Assembly (NCBI GenBank): GCA_035063585.1
Contig: JAPSGB010000008.1
Span: 192,001-256,000, forward strand
Direction of reading: 5' to 3'
Source: Polyangiaceae bacterium
GTDB taxonomy: Bacteria > Myxococcota_A > Polyangia > Polyangiales > Polyangiaceae
DNA: 64,000 nt
The first letter of the stretch is position 1. Each line of letters starts with the position of its first letter. A program made the translations under genes and the position numbers. Positions 1 through 8,508 of this stretch are shown here, piece after piece. The notes under the pieces were generated by a model. The model did not search any database. It worked only from the letters and a program-made list of their open reading frames with translations, and was not told the origin of the DNA.

Positions 1-537
1 GCCTGGAGGAAGGAGCCCGGCGGGGCTGGGCTTCGCATACTCGACCGTGACCCGGCCGCCGTGGGTGACGTCGACCTTGCCGGACACGACCGGCGTCGCC
101 TCGAAGCGGACCAGCGCGGCGTCGCGGTGCCAGTCGCGCGCGAGCGCACCGGATTTCAGCAGGACGAGCGCTGGATCCACGCGCTCGAGCTCACCCACGC
201 CGAGCGTTGGGTCGACCGCTCCTACGCGTGGGACGATGGGCGGCGAGGCCGTGACCGGCACGGGTGCGGGCGATGGGCGCGGCTGCACCGGGCGCGGGTA
301 GAGTCGCCACGCGAGTAGCGCGAGGACGCCGAGCACCGCGGCCCCGGTGGCGAGCCCGACCAGGCTTCTCGAGCGGTCGCGCGTCGGCCCGGCGGGGCGA
401 AGTGGCTGCGGGGAGCGCGGTCGCACCGCAGTCGCCGCGGCGAGTCGAGGCAGTTCGGTGCCGCAGACCGGGCAGCGCCCGCCGCCGGTGCTCAGGATCT
501 GTCCGCATGAAGGGCAGATGTGGGGCGGCGCGGTCAT
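1..537 (-). CDS. Zinc-ribbon, single-TM membrane protein (3' end runs off window)
   Basis: Manual translation from ATG 537 (not in ORF track): MTAPPHICPSCGQILSTGGGRCPVCGTELP..., then hydrophobic LVGLATGAAVLGVLALLAW and a Pro-rich linker; open to position 1. Confidence 0.75.
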   Translation of the reverse strand, partial: MTAPPHICPSCGQILSTGGGRCPVCGTELPRLAAATAVRPRSPQPLRPAGPTRDRSRSLVGLATGAAVLGVLALLAWRLYPRPVQPRPSPAPVPVTASPPIVPRVGAVDPTLGVGELERVDPALVLLKSGALARDWHRDAALVRFEATPVVSGKVDVTHGGRVTVEYAKPSPAGLLPPG

Positions 538-541
538 CGGG

Positions 542-1195
542 CTAGGGAAGCTGGAAGTCCTCGGCCATCTCGGTGATTTGGTAGCCGGACTCCGCCGGGT
601 GCAAGAGGAAGACGACTTCATCGCCGAAGAGGCGTGTCTGGCCGGGCGCGGGGCTCGCGATACGCACCCGCACGACGACGTCGTCGCCCGCCGGGGCGAG
701 CCGGATCGGCTTCCCGGAGGCGCGCGGTGGAGGCGGCGCTCCGGCACGGTAGACGTCGACCTCGGATGGCTGGAAGGCGAGCCGTCCGTCGCTGCTCCGG
801 TAGTCGAGGCGGGATAGGCGTGTCCGCCAGAAAGAGCGCGCGAGCAGGCGTCCCTGCGAGCCGGTGGTGACCCACGCGAGCGGATGGATGAGCGCGTCGA
901 GCTTCCCCGAATCACCCGACTCGACCGCGCGGAAGAACGCACGCACCGCGTCGATGGCGCGTCCGACGTTCGCGGGTGCTCGGAGGACGACCAGGCCGCG
1001 CTCCGGGCTCGCCTCCGGCCGCGGCGGAGGCAGGGTCGAGGTGGGCTCCGGCACCACGCCCGGAGCTCGTCGCTCGGCGTGCGACGACGTTTGGGGGCCG
1101 GACCGCAGCACCAGCGGCGCGCGCGCGCCGCACGCGGCAGTCGTCAGGCCGGCGACCACCAGTGAGAGACTAGAGCGCCTCGGACGCCGGGTCAT
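542..1195 (-). CDS. Hypothetical lipoprotein
   Basis: Basic N-terminus, hydrophobic stretch, lipobox-like TAAC; Pro-rich linker; overlaps upstream gene by 26 bp. Confidence 0.7.
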   Translation of the reverse strand: MTRRPRRSSLSLVVAGLTTAACGARAPLVLRSGPQTSSHAERRAPGVVPEPTSTLPPPRPEASPERGLVVLRAPANVGRAIDAVRAFFRAVESGDSGKLDALIHPLAWVTTGSQGRLLARSFWRTRLSRLDYRSSDGRLAFQPSEVDVYRAGAPPPPRASGKPIRLAPAGDDVVVRVRIASPAPGQTRLFGDEVVFLLHPAESGYQITEMAEDFQLP

Positions 1196-2003
1196 CGTCG
1201 CGGGTGAGCGTCAAGAACGCGCGCTCATCGACTCGTGTGAAGCCCGGCGGCACGCTCGCCAGCTCCGACGCCACCAGCGTGAAGCGCGTGGTCTCGATGC
1301 TCGGGATCCGCGTCTGCCGGGTGCTGTCCTCGCCGAGGAGCTCCTCGACGTCGTGCCGCCCCTTGAGCACGCGATACGCCATGATGCCGCCGCGGTGCAC
1401 GGCGACCATCTGCTCGCCGTTGGTTACCAGGATGTCCCCGCGGTTCTCCTCGAAGCCCTCCTCCGCGGACAGGCGATCGACGAGCGAAATCGAGGATCTC
1501 AACGCGTCCCGGATGCGGCTCGGCTCCACGCTCGAGTCGCCGAGGTGCCCGGCGTCGTGCAGGAACGACAGGAACAGGAAGAAGAAGAGCTCGCTGTCGG
1601 TGTCGCCACGGACGTTGCGTCGCAGAAACTCCGGCTGCGACTCGAGCAGCCGCTCGCGGAGCCGGTCGAACCCTGCGATGGTACCGGTGCTCGCGAAGAG
1701 CCAGGAGCGATAGCGAAATGGGTGGGTGTTCTCGGTGCGCAGCGCGCCGACCGTCGCTCGGCGGACGTGCCCGATGAGGACGTCCGTCCGCACGTTCCGC
1801 GTCACATCGACGAGCTCGATCTCGCGCCGCTCGTCGATGGGACGCCGGCGAAGCAGGACCTCTCCCGACTGATAGAAGCCGACGCCCCAGCCGAGCGCCG
1901 CCTCCTCGGCGCCGCGCCGCACGGTGAGCACGTCGGCGTTCACCTCGAGCACTCTCGCTCCAAGGTCGGAGCGATTGCCGATGAAACCGAACATCCGTGC
2001 CAT
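1170..2003 (-). CDS. Class II glutamine amidotransferase (YafJ/EgtC-like Ntn fold) homologue lacking the N-terminal Cys
   Basis: Starts MARMFGFIG; motifs GWGVGFY, IGHVRRAT, ENTHPF, GDTDSE, LVASE; start moved to ATG 2003. Confidence 0.85.
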   Translation of the reverse strand: MARMFGFIGNRSDLGARVLEVNADVLTVRRGAEEAALGWGVGFYQSGEVLLRRRPIDERREIELVDVTRNVRTDVLIGHVRRATVGALRTENTHPFRYRSWLFASTGTIAGFDRLRERLLESQPEFLRRNVRGDTDSELFFFLFLSFLHDAGHLGDSSVEPSRIRDALRSSISLVDRLSAEEGFEENRGDILVTNGEQMVAVHRGGIMAYRVLKGRHDVEELLGEDSTRQTRIPSIETTRFTLVASELASVPPGFTRVDERAFLTLTRDDDPASEAL

Positions 2004-2099
2004 GTCGTGCTGATCTCCGCGGGGTCGCGTTCGTGAGGCTCTCCCTGGAAGCATGGACTCAGTCGCCGCGCTTGTCATGTGGACTCTCGAACGCGCGCT

Positions 2100-2134
2100 C
2101 GACCATCGACCACCGACCACCGACCACCGACCAC
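2100..2134. repeat. Heptamer tandem repeat (CGACCAC)x5
   Basis: CGACCAT followed by 4 perfect CGACCAC units in a divergent intergenic region. Confidence 0.9.
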
Positions 2135-2202
2135 GAGGCTGAGGTGACCCGAGGTCGAGGGGCTGCCGCCCGGGTCGGTTGCGTTGTGCTAGCCTCCGCG
2201 GG

Positions 2203-3033
2203 ATGTCTGCTCTCGTCTCGTCGACGCGACGCCGAGCGTCGGCCATCCTCTGCTCGGCGCTCCTCGGCGCCGCCGGCTCGCTCGGCTGCGGCGCGGTGTA
2301 TCCAGAGGTAGCGACGCCCATCGTCTCAGTACCGGCGGACCGGCTCGAGCCGCGGCCGCCTGCCGATCTCGTGTTCGTCACCTTCGCGTCCGCGTCGATC
2401 CCGGGGCGCACCCGTGACGGTCGCAAGTGGGACGCGGTCGGGGGCAGCGCCCCCGATCCGTTCGCGGTGCTCTTCGTCGACGATCGAGAGATCATCCGGA
2501 CGCCGGTGCAGGCAAACACGCTCGCGCCGACCTGGCCGGATCAGGTGAAGGCAAACTACCGGATCGGACCGCGCGCGCGAACTCGCGTCGAGCTGTGGGA
2601 CTCGAACGCGCTCACCGATCACCCGATCTGCGTGAAGGAGGTGTCGGGCCTGCAGGGCGCGGCGACCGCGGGAGGCGAGCTCGACATCCTTTGCGATAGC
2701 GGCGCGCGCGTGAAGCTCCAGGTCGAGCCCGCGCACGGGCGCTTCGGGCTCGGGCTCTACTACGAGCTCAGGACGACCCGGGTCTTCGTCACTCGTGTGG
2801 TCGCTGACTCGCCCGCCGGACGCGTGAAGCTCGAGGGCGGCGACGAAATCGTGCGGGTCCAAGGCAAGTCGGTGAAGTCACTGAAGCAGCGCGAGCTCCG
2901 GACGCTCATCGCGACCAACGCCGCCGCTGGGGTGTCGCTCACCGTCAAGCGCAAGGATCAGCGGGTCGAGGACGTGACCCTGCGGAGCGGCGCCATTTAT
3001 CCGACCCTCGCGGACGGGATCCCCGTGGAGTGA
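2203..3033 (+). CDS. Lipoprotein with C2-like domain and C-terminal PDZ domain
   Basis: Lipobox SLGC; C2-like APDPFAVLFVD..RTPVQANTLAPTW..VELWDSN..DHPI; PDZ-like FGLGL..VTRVVADSPAGRVKLEGGDEIVRVQG. Confidence 0.75.
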   Translation: MSALVSSTRRRASAILCSALLGAAGSLGCGAVYPEVATPIVSVPADRLEPRPPADLVFVTFASASIPGRTRDGRKWDAVGGSAPDPFAVLFVDDREIIRTPVQANTLAPTWPDQVKANYRIGPRARTRVELWDSNALTDHPICVKEVSGLQGAATAGGELDILCDSGARVKLQVEPAHGRFGLGLYYELRTTRVFVTRVVADSPAGRVKLEGGDEIVRVQGKSVKSLKQRELRTLIATNAAAGVSLTVKRKDQRVEDVTLRSGAIYPTLADGIPVE

Positions 3034-3091
3034 GGCTGCGCGTGGAGCCTTGCGCTCGCCCCGCGCCGGCTCCAAGGTGAAAGCGTACAGG

Positions 3092-4039
3092 ATGGGCAGC
3101 GCTCGCGCGAACGGAGGCTCTGCGGCGGGCTCGGTCGACACCCTGGTGGTCGAGCGGGAAGGTCACGGGACCATCGCGGTGACGGGTCCGGATGCGCGCG
3201 CCTGGCTGAACGGCCTCGTCACCTGCGAGCTTGGCACGCTCGCCCTCGGAGCGGGCGCGTGGGGGTTGCTCCTCACCAAGCAAGGGAAGATCGTCACGGA
3301 TTTCGAGGTGGTCGTCGGGGCGAGCGCGCTCTTTCTTTCGGTGGCCGAGCCACGGCGGGCGCGGCTGCTCGAGGTGCTCGACCGTCACCTCATCATGGAA
3401 GACGTCGAGCTCACCGATCGGAGCGATGAGCTCGGCTGGCTCGTGCTGCATGGCGCCCGCGCGGCGGAGGTGGCGCGAGAGGTCGCGCTGGCGCATGGGG
3501 CCGAGGCGGGTGCCGTCGACTGGACGGGCCGGGGCGGCGCTGCGATGGTGGCGCCGCGCGCTTCGCTCTCCGCGCTCCTCGAGTCGCTCGGCGCGCGAGC
3601 GGTGCGTCGGGCGAGCCCCGGCGAGTGGGAGGCGCTCCGCATCGAGTGCGGAGTGCCCGAGTTCGGGAAGGACTACGACGACGGCGACAAGCCGCACGAG
3701 GCGTCGCTCGAGCGTCGCGCGGTGGCGTGGGGCAAGGGGTGCTACCTCGGCCAAGAGGTCGTCTACATGCAAGACGTGCGCGGCAGGGTCCGGCGCCGCG
3801 TGAGCGCGCTCGCGCTCGGGGGAGCTTCGCCGCCCGCGCGCGGGGCGAGCGTCATCGGGCCGGCGGGCGCGGAGGTCGGCCGCGTCACCAGCAGCGCCTG
3901 GAGCGAGCGCCTGGGCCAGGCGGTGGCCCTCGCGATGATGCAGACGTCCGCGCTCGTGCCCGGGGCGGCGCTCACGGTGGACGGCGCGGCGGCTCGGCCG
4001 CTCGAGCCGGCGAGCTCCCCGGCGGCTACTCGCCCGTGA
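3092..4039 (+). CDS. ygfZ: Folate-binding YgfZ/GcvT family protein
   Basis: VTGPDARAWLNGLVT and signature KGCYLGQEVV. Confidence 0.9.
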   Translation: MGSARANGGSAAGSVDTLVVEREGHGTIAVTGPDARAWLNGLVTCELGTLALGAGAWGLLLTKQGKIVTDFEVVVGASALFLSVAEPRRARLLEVLDRHLIMEDVELTDRSDELGWLVLHGARAAEVAREVALAHGAEAGAVDWTGRGGAAMVAPRASLSALLESLGARAVRRASPGEWEALRIECGVPEFGKDYDDGDKPHEASLERRAVAWGKGCYLGQEVVYMQDVRGRVRRRVSALALGGASPPARGASVIGPAGAEVGRVTSSAWSERLGQAVALAMMQTSALVPGAALTVDGAAARPLEPASSPAATRP

Positions 4040-4802
4040 AGACGGGGTCGCGGCGCTGGGCCCACGCGAGCACGCCCTCCATCAGGTCCTTCGAGACCAG
4101 GAGCTCGAGCTGTCCAGCTTTCTCCCGGTCGAGCGCCGCGTCCACATCGGCGGCGCTCGCGCGCACGGCCTGCTTGATCCGGGCGAGCGCGAGGGGTGCG
4201 CCCTGGGCCAGCTCGCGGGCCAGCGCGAGCGCAGCTCCCTCGAGCTCGCTCGAGGCGACCACGCGGTTGGCGATGCCGAGCGCCTCGCAGCGCGCCGCAT
4301 CGAGCCGCGTCCCGAGCATGAGGAACTCCATCGCGCGTCCGAGCCCGACCAGCCGAGGCAGCCAGTGCGAGCCGCCGCCGTCCGGCATCAGCCCGAGCTT
4401 CACGAAGCGTTCCTGCAGGTACGCGTGCTCCGCGAAGATGCGGAGATCGCAGGCGAGGGCGAGGTCGGCTCCGAACCCCACCGCCACACCGCTGACCGCC
4501 GCGATGAACGGCTTCGGCGCGCGCGCGATGGCGCGGATCATCCGGTGATATTCGTCCATGCGCTCGCCGAGGTCGCCCACCCCACCGCCCATCGCGCTCT
4601 TCAGATCCGCGCCGGAGCAGAAGGCGTCCCCGGCGCCGGTGAGCACGACCGCGCGGACGCTCGGGTCGGTCGCCGCGGAGTCGAGCGCTGCTCCGAGCGC
4701 GAGCACGAGCTCCCGATCGAGCGCGTTCTTCATCTCCGGACGGTTCAGCGTGAGCAGGCGCACGGCGCCGTCCGTCGCGACCAAGAGCTTCGGTTCGGTC
4801 AT
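4026..4802 (-). CDS. Enoyl-CoA hydratase/isomerase family protein
   Basis: LTLNRPEMKNAL, AFCSGADL, LALACDLR, GLMPDGG. Confidence 0.93.
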   Translation of the reverse strand: MTEPKLLVATDGAVRLLTLNRPEMKNALDRELVLALGAALDSAATDPSVRAVVLTGAGDAFCSGADLKSAMGGGVGDLGERMDEYHRMIRAIARAPKPFIAAVSGVAVGFGADLALACDLRIFAEHAYLQERFVKLGLMPDGGGSHWLPRLVGLGRAMEFLMLGTRLDAARCEALGIANRVVASSELEGAALALARELAQGAPLALARIKQAVRASAADVDAALDREKAGQLELLVSKDLMEGVLAWAQRRDPVFTGE

Positions 4803-4961
4803 GGCGCGGCAGAGTAATCGAAGCGGGGCGCGCCGCCCAAGGGCTTCGGGCCTCGCGGCGCGGTCGCACCCACCCGGGCCTCGCGCCGCCCCGGCCCATC
4901 CTCACTCAGGGACTCGGCGCGGGGCCACGGGGCGCCGGAGAAGTGCTAAGCCGCCTCCACC

Positions 4962-5807
4962 ATGGGCCGAACCTTCGAGGTGCCGCCCCGCTTGCCGCTC
5001 GACGAGCAGCGCGGGCAGAGCTTCCCCAAGCTCGTCGAGCTGATGCAGCGGCTGCTCGCCCCGGAGGGCTGCCCGTGGGACCGCGAGCAGGATTTCGCCT
5101 CGCTTCGGCGCTACGTGCTGGAGGAGGCCTGCGAGGTCATCGACGCGATCGATGGTGGGGAGCGGCGCGACCTCGAAGAGGAGCTCGGCGATCTCGCGCT
5201 CCAGGTCGTGTTCCTCGGGGAGCTCGCGCGCGCCGAGGGCTCGTTCGGTCCCGACGACGTCATCCGGGGCATCGTCGAGAAGTTGGTCCGTCGCCACCCG
5301 CACGTGTTCGGCGACGTGGACGTCTCTGGAAGCGAAGACGTGCTCCGGAACTGGGAGCTCATCAAGCAGGAAGAGAAGCGTGACCGCCCGCTGCTCGCCG
5401 GGGTGCCGCGCTCGCTCCCGGCGCTCCACCGCGCCCAGCGCATGAGCGAGAAGGTGAGCCGCGTCGGCTTCGATTGGCCCGACGGGCGCGGTTCGCGCGA
5501 CAAGGTGAGCGAGGAGCTCGCCGAGCTCGACGAGGCCATCGAGGGCGGCGACCCCGCCCGCATCGAGCACGAGCTCGGCGACATTCTCTTCGCGCTCGTG
5601 AACCTCGCCCGCCACCACGGGCTCGACGCCGAGATCGCGCTGAGAAGGACGGGTGATCGCTTCGCGGCGCGCTTCGCGCACGTCGAGCGACGCGTGAAGG
5701 ACGCGCACGGCGGCTGGCCTCGCGGCGCGGACGGCAAGCCGGGCGCGGGGCTCCCGCTCGACGAGCTCGACGGGTACTGGCAAGCAGCCAAGGCGGTCGA
5801 GTCGTGA
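4962..5807 (+). CDS. mazG: Nucleoside triphosphate pyrophosphohydrolase MazG
   Basis: GCPWDREQ, EELGDL, KLVRRHPHVF, GFDW, second ELGD motif. Confidence 0.95.
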   Translation: MGRTFEVPPRLPLDEQRGQSFPKLVELMQRLLAPEGCPWDREQDFASLRRYVLEEACEVIDAIDGGERRDLEEELGDLALQVVFLGELARAEGSFGPDDVIRGIVEKLVRRHPHVFGDVDVSGSEDVLRNWELIKQEEKRDRPLLAGVPRSLPALHRAQRMSEKVSRVGFDWPDGRGSRDKVSEELAELDEAIEGGDPARIEHELGDILFALVNLARHHGLDAEIALRRTGDRFAARFAHVERRVKDAHGGWPRGADGKPGAGLPLDELDGYWQAAKAVES

Positions 5808-6973
5808 GCGCGCTGCATCCGGTCGCGCGCTTGCCCGACGAGTGGCGCGCTGCGCTCGACGCGGAGGGTGAGCGCCCGTTTCGCGCGTCGCAGATCTTCG
5901 CCTGGATTCACCAGCGCGGCGTGATGGACCCGGCCGGGATGACCAACCTGCCGCTGGCGCTCCGCGAGAAGCTCGCCGCCGCGGGGCTCGCCGAGCCGGC
6001 GCGGGTGGTCGAGGCTCACCGCGCCGCGGACGGCACGCGCAAGCTCATCCTCGAGATGACCGACGGGGCTCGGATCGAGTGCGTGCTGATTCGCATGACG
6101 CGCCTCGGCGACGGGGAGGACGCCGACGTCGCCGCCGCCGATGACGATGGCGAGGATGACGACGAGCCGCGCTCGACGGCGCCGAAGACGCGGGTCACGC
6201 TCTGCATCTCGACGCAATTCGGCTGCGCGATGGGCTGCTCGTTCTGCGCGAGCGGTCGCGCGGGCTTGGTGCGCGGGCTCTCCGCCGCCGAGATCGTCGC
6301 GCAGGTGCTCGTGGCGCGGCGGCACCTCGACTCCGACGAGCGGCTCCGGAACCTGGTCTTCATGGGTATGGGTGAGCCGCTCCACCACTACGACGAGACC
6401 GCGCGCGCGCTACGGCTGCTCACCCACCCGGAGGGCGGCGGCATGAGCCCGCGCCGGATTACCGTGAGCACCGTGGGGCTGGTGCCCGGCATCGAGCGTC
6501 TCGGCCGGGATTTCGGCGGCAAGATCGGCCTCGCGCTCTCGCTCCACGCCCCCGACGACGCGACCCGCGAGCGCATCGTCCCGATGAACCGGAGCTACCC
6601 GGTGGCGGCGCTGATGAAGGCGCTCCGCGCCTATCCGCTCCCCGCTCGCCGGCGGATCACCATCGAGTACACGCTCATCGACGGCGTCAACGACTCGCTC
6701 GCGCACGCCGCGCGCCTCGCGGCGCTGCTCGCCGGGCTCCGCGTCAAGGTGAACCTCATCCCCATGAACCCCATCGACGACTCGCCGCTCCGCGCGGCGT
6801 CGCGAGCGCAGGTGAGCGCCTTCCGCGAGGCGCTCGCCGACCGGGGGCTGTCGTGCTTCGTTCGCGCGCGGCGTGGCGACGACGTGAGCGCGGCCTGCGG
6901 TCAGCTCGCCTTCAAGGGGGAGGAGCCGGTCCAGCTCCGCTCGGCTCGCTCGAGGCCCGCGCCGGAGGGTTGA
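5804..6973 (+). CDS. rlmN: Radical SAM 23S rRNA m2A2503 methyltransferase RlmN
   Basis: CISTQFGCAMGCSFC, MGMGEP, SLHAP, ACGQL; GTGA overlap with mazG. Confidence 0.95.
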   Translation: MSALHPVARLPDEWRAALDAEGERPFRASQIFAWIHQRGVMDPAGMTNLPLALREKLAAAGLAEPARVVEAHRAADGTRKLILEMTDGARIECVLIRMTRLGDGEDADVAAADDDGEDDDEPRSTAPKTRVTLCISTQFGCAMGCSFCASGRAGLVRGLSAAEIVAQVLVARRHLDSDERLRNLVFMGMGEPLHHYDETARALRLLTHPEGGGMSPRRITVSTVGLVPGIERLGRDFGGKIGLALSLHAPDDATRERIVPMNRSYPVAALMKALRAYPLPARRRITIEYTLIDGVNDSLAHAARLAALLAGLRVKVNLIPMNPIDDSPLRAASRAQVSAFREALADRGLSCFVRARRGDDVSAACGQLAFKGEEPVQLRSARSRPAPEG

Positions 6974-7005
6974 CGCGCGGGGGCTCGTGCGCGACGACTC
7001 CGTTC

Positions 7006-8391
7006 GTGTTCAAGAAGGTCCTGGTCGCCAACCGAGGAGAGATAGCCTGTCGCGTGCTCCGCACCTGCGAGCGCATGGGCATCCGCACGGTCGCCGTGTT
7101 CTCCGACGCCGACGCACGCGCCCCGCACATCTCGCTCGCCGACGAGGCCATCAACGTCGGGCCACCGCCCGTGAAGGATAGCTACCTCAGCATCGAAAAC
7201 TTGATCGCTGCCGTAAAGCAGACGGGCGCGGACGCCGTGCACCCGGGTTACGGGCTGCTCAGCGAGAAGCGTGCCTTCGCCGAGGCCGTGGCGGGCGCGG
7301 GCGCGACCTTCGTCGGGCCGCCGCCCGAGGCGCTCGAGGCCTTCGGGGACAAGATCAAGGCGCGCGCGGTCGGGCGTAGCGTGGGCGTGATGCCGCCGCC
7401 CGGTAGCGAGGGCCCCATCGATCCGAACGATCTCGTGCGCCTCGACGCCGAGGCCGCGCGTATCGGGTATCCGGTGCTCATCAAGGCGGCCGGCGGCGGC
7501 GGCGGCATCGGGATGCAGGTCGTGACCGAGCCCGGGCAAATCGAGCGCGCCGCCCGTTCCTGCTCGGATCGCGGGCGCGCGGCCTTCGGCGATGAGCGCG
7601 TGTACCTCGAGCGTTATCTCGCCGAGCCCCGGCACATCGAGGTGCAGATCTTCCGGGATGCGCACGGTCACACGGTCGCGCTCGGTGAGCGCGAGTGTAG
7701 CGTCCAGCGCCGCCACCAGAAGATCATCGAGGAGTCGCCCTCGCCGGCGGCGTTCTTCGCCGAGCCTGGCAAGCGGGAGCGGCTCTGGGCCGACGCGGTG
7801 CGGGTGGTCGACGCGGTCGGCTATCTCGGCGCCGGGACGGTGGAGTTCGTGGCCGATCACTCGGGGGCGCTCTATTTCCTGGAGGTCAACGCGCGCCTCC
7901 AGGTCGAGCACCCGGTCACCGAGCTCGTCACCGGGCTCGATCTGGTGGAGCTTCAGCTCCGGGTCGCCGCCGGCGAGCCGCTGCCCGAGGCTGCGCGCGC
8001 GCCGCGCTTCAGCGGTCACGCGGTCGAGGCGCGCGTCTACGCGGAGGATCCCTCGAAGCTGTTCGTGCCCCAGCCGGGTCATATCGAGGAGCTCGCGTGG
8101 CCGAGCGGCCTCCCTGGCGTGCGCATCGATGCGGGCGTCGCCCAGGGGAACGAGGTCACTCCGTTCTACGACCCCATGCTCGCGAAGGTCATCGCGCACG
8201 GCGACAGCCGCGAGGAAGCCATTCGGCGGCTCGACGCCGCCCTCGCGGGGACGCGACTCGTCCTGATGGGGCCCAAGGGGCCGCGCGCGACCAACCTCGG
8301 CTTCCTGCGGCGCGTCCTCGCCGACCCGCGGTTCGCCGAGGGTCGCTACGACACGAGGCTCGCCGAGGAGCTCGCTCGCGCGAAGGGATGA
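7006..8391 (+). CDS. Biotin carboxylase subunit of an acyl-CoA carboxylase (no fused BCCP)
   Basis: GTG start then FKKVLVANRGEIA, HPGYG, RECSVQRRHQKIIEE, FLEVNARLQVEHPVTE, YDPMLAK; no biotinyl domain. Confidence 0.93.
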   Translation: MFKKVLVANRGEIACRVLRTCERMGIRTVAVFSDADARAPHISLADEAINVGPPPVKDSYLSIENLIAAVKQTGADAVHPGYGLLSEKRAFAEAVAGAGATFVGPPPEALEAFGDKIKARAVGRSVGVMPPPGSEGPIDPNDLVRLDAEAARIGYPVLIKAAGGGGGIGMQVVTEPGQIERAARSCSDRGRAAFGDERVYLERYLAEPRHIEVQIFRDAHGHTVALGERECSVQRRHQKIIEESPSPAAFFAEPGKRERLWADAVRVVDAVGYLGAGTVEFVADHSGALYFLEVNARLQVEHPVTELVTGLDLVELQLRVAAGEPLPEAARAPRFSGHAVEARVYAEDPSKLFVPQPGHIEELAWPSGLPGVRIDAGVAQGNEVTPFYDPMLAKVIAHGDSREEAIRRLDAALAGTRLVLMGPKGPRATNLGFLRRVLADPRFAEGRYDTRLAEELARAKG

Positions 8392-8508
8392 TGGAGGGGC
8401 GGCGCGGCCGGCGGCGCGGTCCGCCCGGCGCGTTTCGGCTGGCGCGGGGCCGGAGTCAGCCGCGCCGGGGTGCGAGCCGGGCGGGAGCGAGCGTATGCTT
8501 CGCGCATC

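Noticed and set aside
2100..2134. CRISPR-like repeat
   Set aside because: 7-bp units with no spacers and no cas genes
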